Assembly: GCA_964202905.1 (NCBI GenBank)
Contig: CAXNJO010000004.1
Span: 448,001-512,000, forward strand
Origin: Polyangiales bacterium
GTDB taxonomy: Bacteria; Myxococcota_A; Polyangia; Polyangiales; JADJQN01
Reading direction: 5' to 3'
DNA length: 64,000 nucleotides
Made by a program: the position numbers and the translations under genes
Shown: positions 62,006-64,000 of the stretch, one piece after another
Layout of the letters: every line of letters begins with the position of its first letter
Position numbering within the stretch: the first letter of the stretch is position 1
The notes under the pieces: model-generated
Database searches by the model: none
What the model was told of the DNA's origin: nothing
Seen by the model: the letters and a program-made list of their open reading frames with translations, nothing else

Positions 62006-63871
62006 ATGCGCCTCCCCAGCATCCTCGCCCGCTCCGCAATCTCCGCGTTCTCCGCCCTTTCCCTCTTCTCCACGATCCCCGCGTGCGGCGGCGCGACCGC
62101 CGGCGTCGCGGACGCCCGCGGCGCACGCGGTCACTGGGAAGACGAAGCCCAGCGCCTGCTCGCCTTCTACAACCCCGTCTACGTCTCCCTCTCCACCGAG
62201 ACATCCCGCGCAGCGTGGCTCTCGAGCACCGACGTCAGCGAGGCGCACACCGGCCAGCGCACGGGCGCGGCGACGGCGTTCAGCGCCTTCGCGGGGAACG
62301 CGCTCTTCATCGAGCGGGCGCGCGCGCTACTCACGCACGAGTCCGAGCTCGCTGACCTCACGAAGCGCCAGCTCCGCCAGATGCTCGTGCTCGCCGCCGA
62401 CGCCCCGCAGACGAACCCGGACCTCGCGCGGCGTCGCGTCGCGGCCGAGGCGCAGCAGTCCGAGATCCTCGACGGCTTCCAGTTCTGCCTCGCGCGGAGC
62501 GGCACGACGTGCACGCAGCCGGTCATCACGAACGACCTCGATCGCGTCCTCGAGGACTCGCGCGTCCTCGCCGATCGCGAGCGCGCGTGGAACGCGTCCA
62601 AGGAGGTCGGCGTCCCGCTGCGGAGCGGACTCGTCACCCTCCAGGGCCTCCGCAACGGGGTCGCGCGTGAGATGGGCTACGACGACTTCTTCCAGTTCCA
62701 GGTCTCGAACTACGGCATGTCCACGGCCGAGATGATGGAGACGCTCGATCGCCTCGTGCGCGAGACGCGCCCGCTCTACGAGCAGCTCCACTGCTACGCG
62801 CGCCACGAGCTCGCGCAGCGTTACGGCGTCGCCGAGCCGCCCGCGCTCATCCCCGCGCACTGGATCGGCAACCGCTGGGGCCAGGAGTGGCCCGGCCTCG
62901 TCGAGGGCGTCGACATGGACGCGCTCGTCGCGGGCAAGTCGCCCGAGTGGATCGTCCAGCAGGCCGAGCGCTTCTACGTGAGCCTCGGCTATCCGTCCCT
63001 GCCCGCGTCGTTCTGGTCGGAGAGCGACCTCTATCCGGTGCCGGCGGGCAACCCGCGCCGCAAGAACGCCCACGCGAGCGCGTGGCACGTCGACCTGCAG
63101 CACGACGTGCGCTCGCTGATGAGCGTCGAGGCGGACTGGCGCTGGTTCACGACCACGCACCACGAGCTCGGGCACATCTACTACTACCTGAGCTACGCGA
63201 ACGACGACGTCCCGCCGCTGCTCCGCGAGGGCGCGAACCGCAGCTACCACGAGGGCATGGGCGATCTCGTCGCGCTCGCGGCGTCACAGGAGCCGTATCT
63301 CCGCGCGATCGGGCTGCTCGCCGAAGGACAGGTCCTCGACCAGCAGCGCGCGCTCCTCGACTCGGCGCTCACCGGGCCCATCGTCTTCCTGCCCTGGGCC
63401 GCGGGCACGATGAGCCAGTTCGAGAAGGCGCTCTACGCCGACGAGCTCCCCGCTGCCGAGCTCAACACCAAGTGGTGGGAGCTGGTCGCGCGCTATCAGG
63501 GCATCGCGCCGCCCGGCCCGCGCCCCGCGGACGCGTGCGACGGCTGCACCAAGACGCACATCAACGACGACCCCGCGCAGTACTACGACTACGCGCTCGC
63601 GAACGTGCTCGTGTACCAGCTCCACGACCACATCTGCCGCGAGCTGCTCCACCAGGATCCGCGCAGCTGCAACTACGCCGGTCACCCCGAGGTCGGCGAG
63701 TTCCTCCGCGCGATCGAGCGCCCCGGCATGTCACGCGACTGGCGCACCGTGCTGCGCGAGACGACCGGCAGCGACCTCAGCGCCGAGCCGATGCTCCGCT
63801 ACTACGCGCCGCTGATGGAGACGCTGCGCGCGCAGAACGCGGGGCGGAGCTGCGCGCTGCCGGCGCTCTGA
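62006..63871 (+). CDS. M2-family metallopeptidase (ACE-like peptidyl-dipeptidase), lipoprotein
   Basis: IPAC lipobox, HASAW, HHELGH, EGANRSYHEG, WWEL..YQG. Confidence 0.95.
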   Translation: MRLPSILARSAISAFSALSLFSTIPACGGATAGVADARGARGHWEDEAQRLLAFYNPVYVSLSTETSRAAWLSSTDVSEAHTGQRTGAATAFSAFAGNALFIERARALLTHESELADLTKRQLRQMLVLAADAPQTNPDLARRRVAAEAQQSEILDGFQFCLARSGTTCTQPVITNDLDRVLEDSRVLADRERAWNASKEVGVPLRSGLVTLQGLRNGVAREMGYDDFFQFQVSNYGMSTAEMMETLDRLVRETRPLYEQLHCYARHELAQRYGVAEPPALIPAHWIGNRWGQEWPGLVEGVDMDALVAGKSPEWIVQQAERFYVSLGYPSLPASFWSESDLYPVPAGNPRRKNAHASAWHVDLQHDVRSLMSVEADWRWFTTTHHELGHIYYYLSYANDDVPPLLREGANRSYHEGMGDLVALAASQEPYLRAIGLLAEGQVLDQQRALLDSALTGPIVFLPWAAGTMSQFEKALYADELPAAELNTKWWELVARYQGIAPPGPRPADACDGCTKTHINDDPAQYYDYALANVLVYQLHDHICRELLHQDPRSCNYAGHPEVGEFLRAIERPGMSRDWRTVLRETTGSDLSAEPMLRYYAPLMETLRAQNAGRSCALPAL

Positions 63872-63944
63872 ACGCAGCGACGCGCGCGGGGCCGACCGGC
63901 GCGCGCACCAAAGCGCACGGCCCCGCTGTCGCCAGCGAGGCCGT

Positions 63945-64000
63945 GTGGTCGGAGGGCCCATAAGCCGAGTTCTGTTCCCGCAGCCATCGCTGGCGTGCGG
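63945..64000 (-). ncRNA. rnpB: RNase P RNA, 3' end (partial)
   Basis: Minus strand hairpin followed by GAACAGAACTCGGCTTAT, the conserved 3' motif, then GGGCCCTCCG as the P1 3' strand. Confidence 0.85.

Overview
Very GC-rich chromosomal window, most likely from a myxobacterium (Polyangiales/Sandaracinaceae-like). That assignment is inferred from Agl-Glt gliding genes, an MXAN_5187-type protein, an MglA paralogue and Cys-rich lipoproteins. Housekeeping genes include recG, greA, carB, tsaE, ftsY, uvrA, pdxA, a DTW protein and the 3' end of the RNase P RNA. The centre holds a rearranged gliding-motility locus: a gltC-D-E-F-G operon, a divergent cglC/gltK-like gene, and a gltA/B-like barrel pair about 6 kb away. 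An internally deleted class IIC group II intron sits directly behind that operon's terminator. The right end holds a periplasmic redox neighbourhood: TlpA, a DsbA-like protein, a CX4CH lipoprotein, a CxxS thioredoxin, and a coupled outer-membrane beta-barrel plus 13-heme cytochrome c pair. Most interesting are the porin-cytochrome-like pair, a shared N-terminal motif (AQDMTFS.DE...PPAEG) on GltC and one Glt barrel, the decayed intron, and an unannotated 51-aa membrane protein. Clustered frameshifts in carB, uvrA and other genes look like long-read indel errors. All family calls come from motif recognition by eye; no database searches were run.
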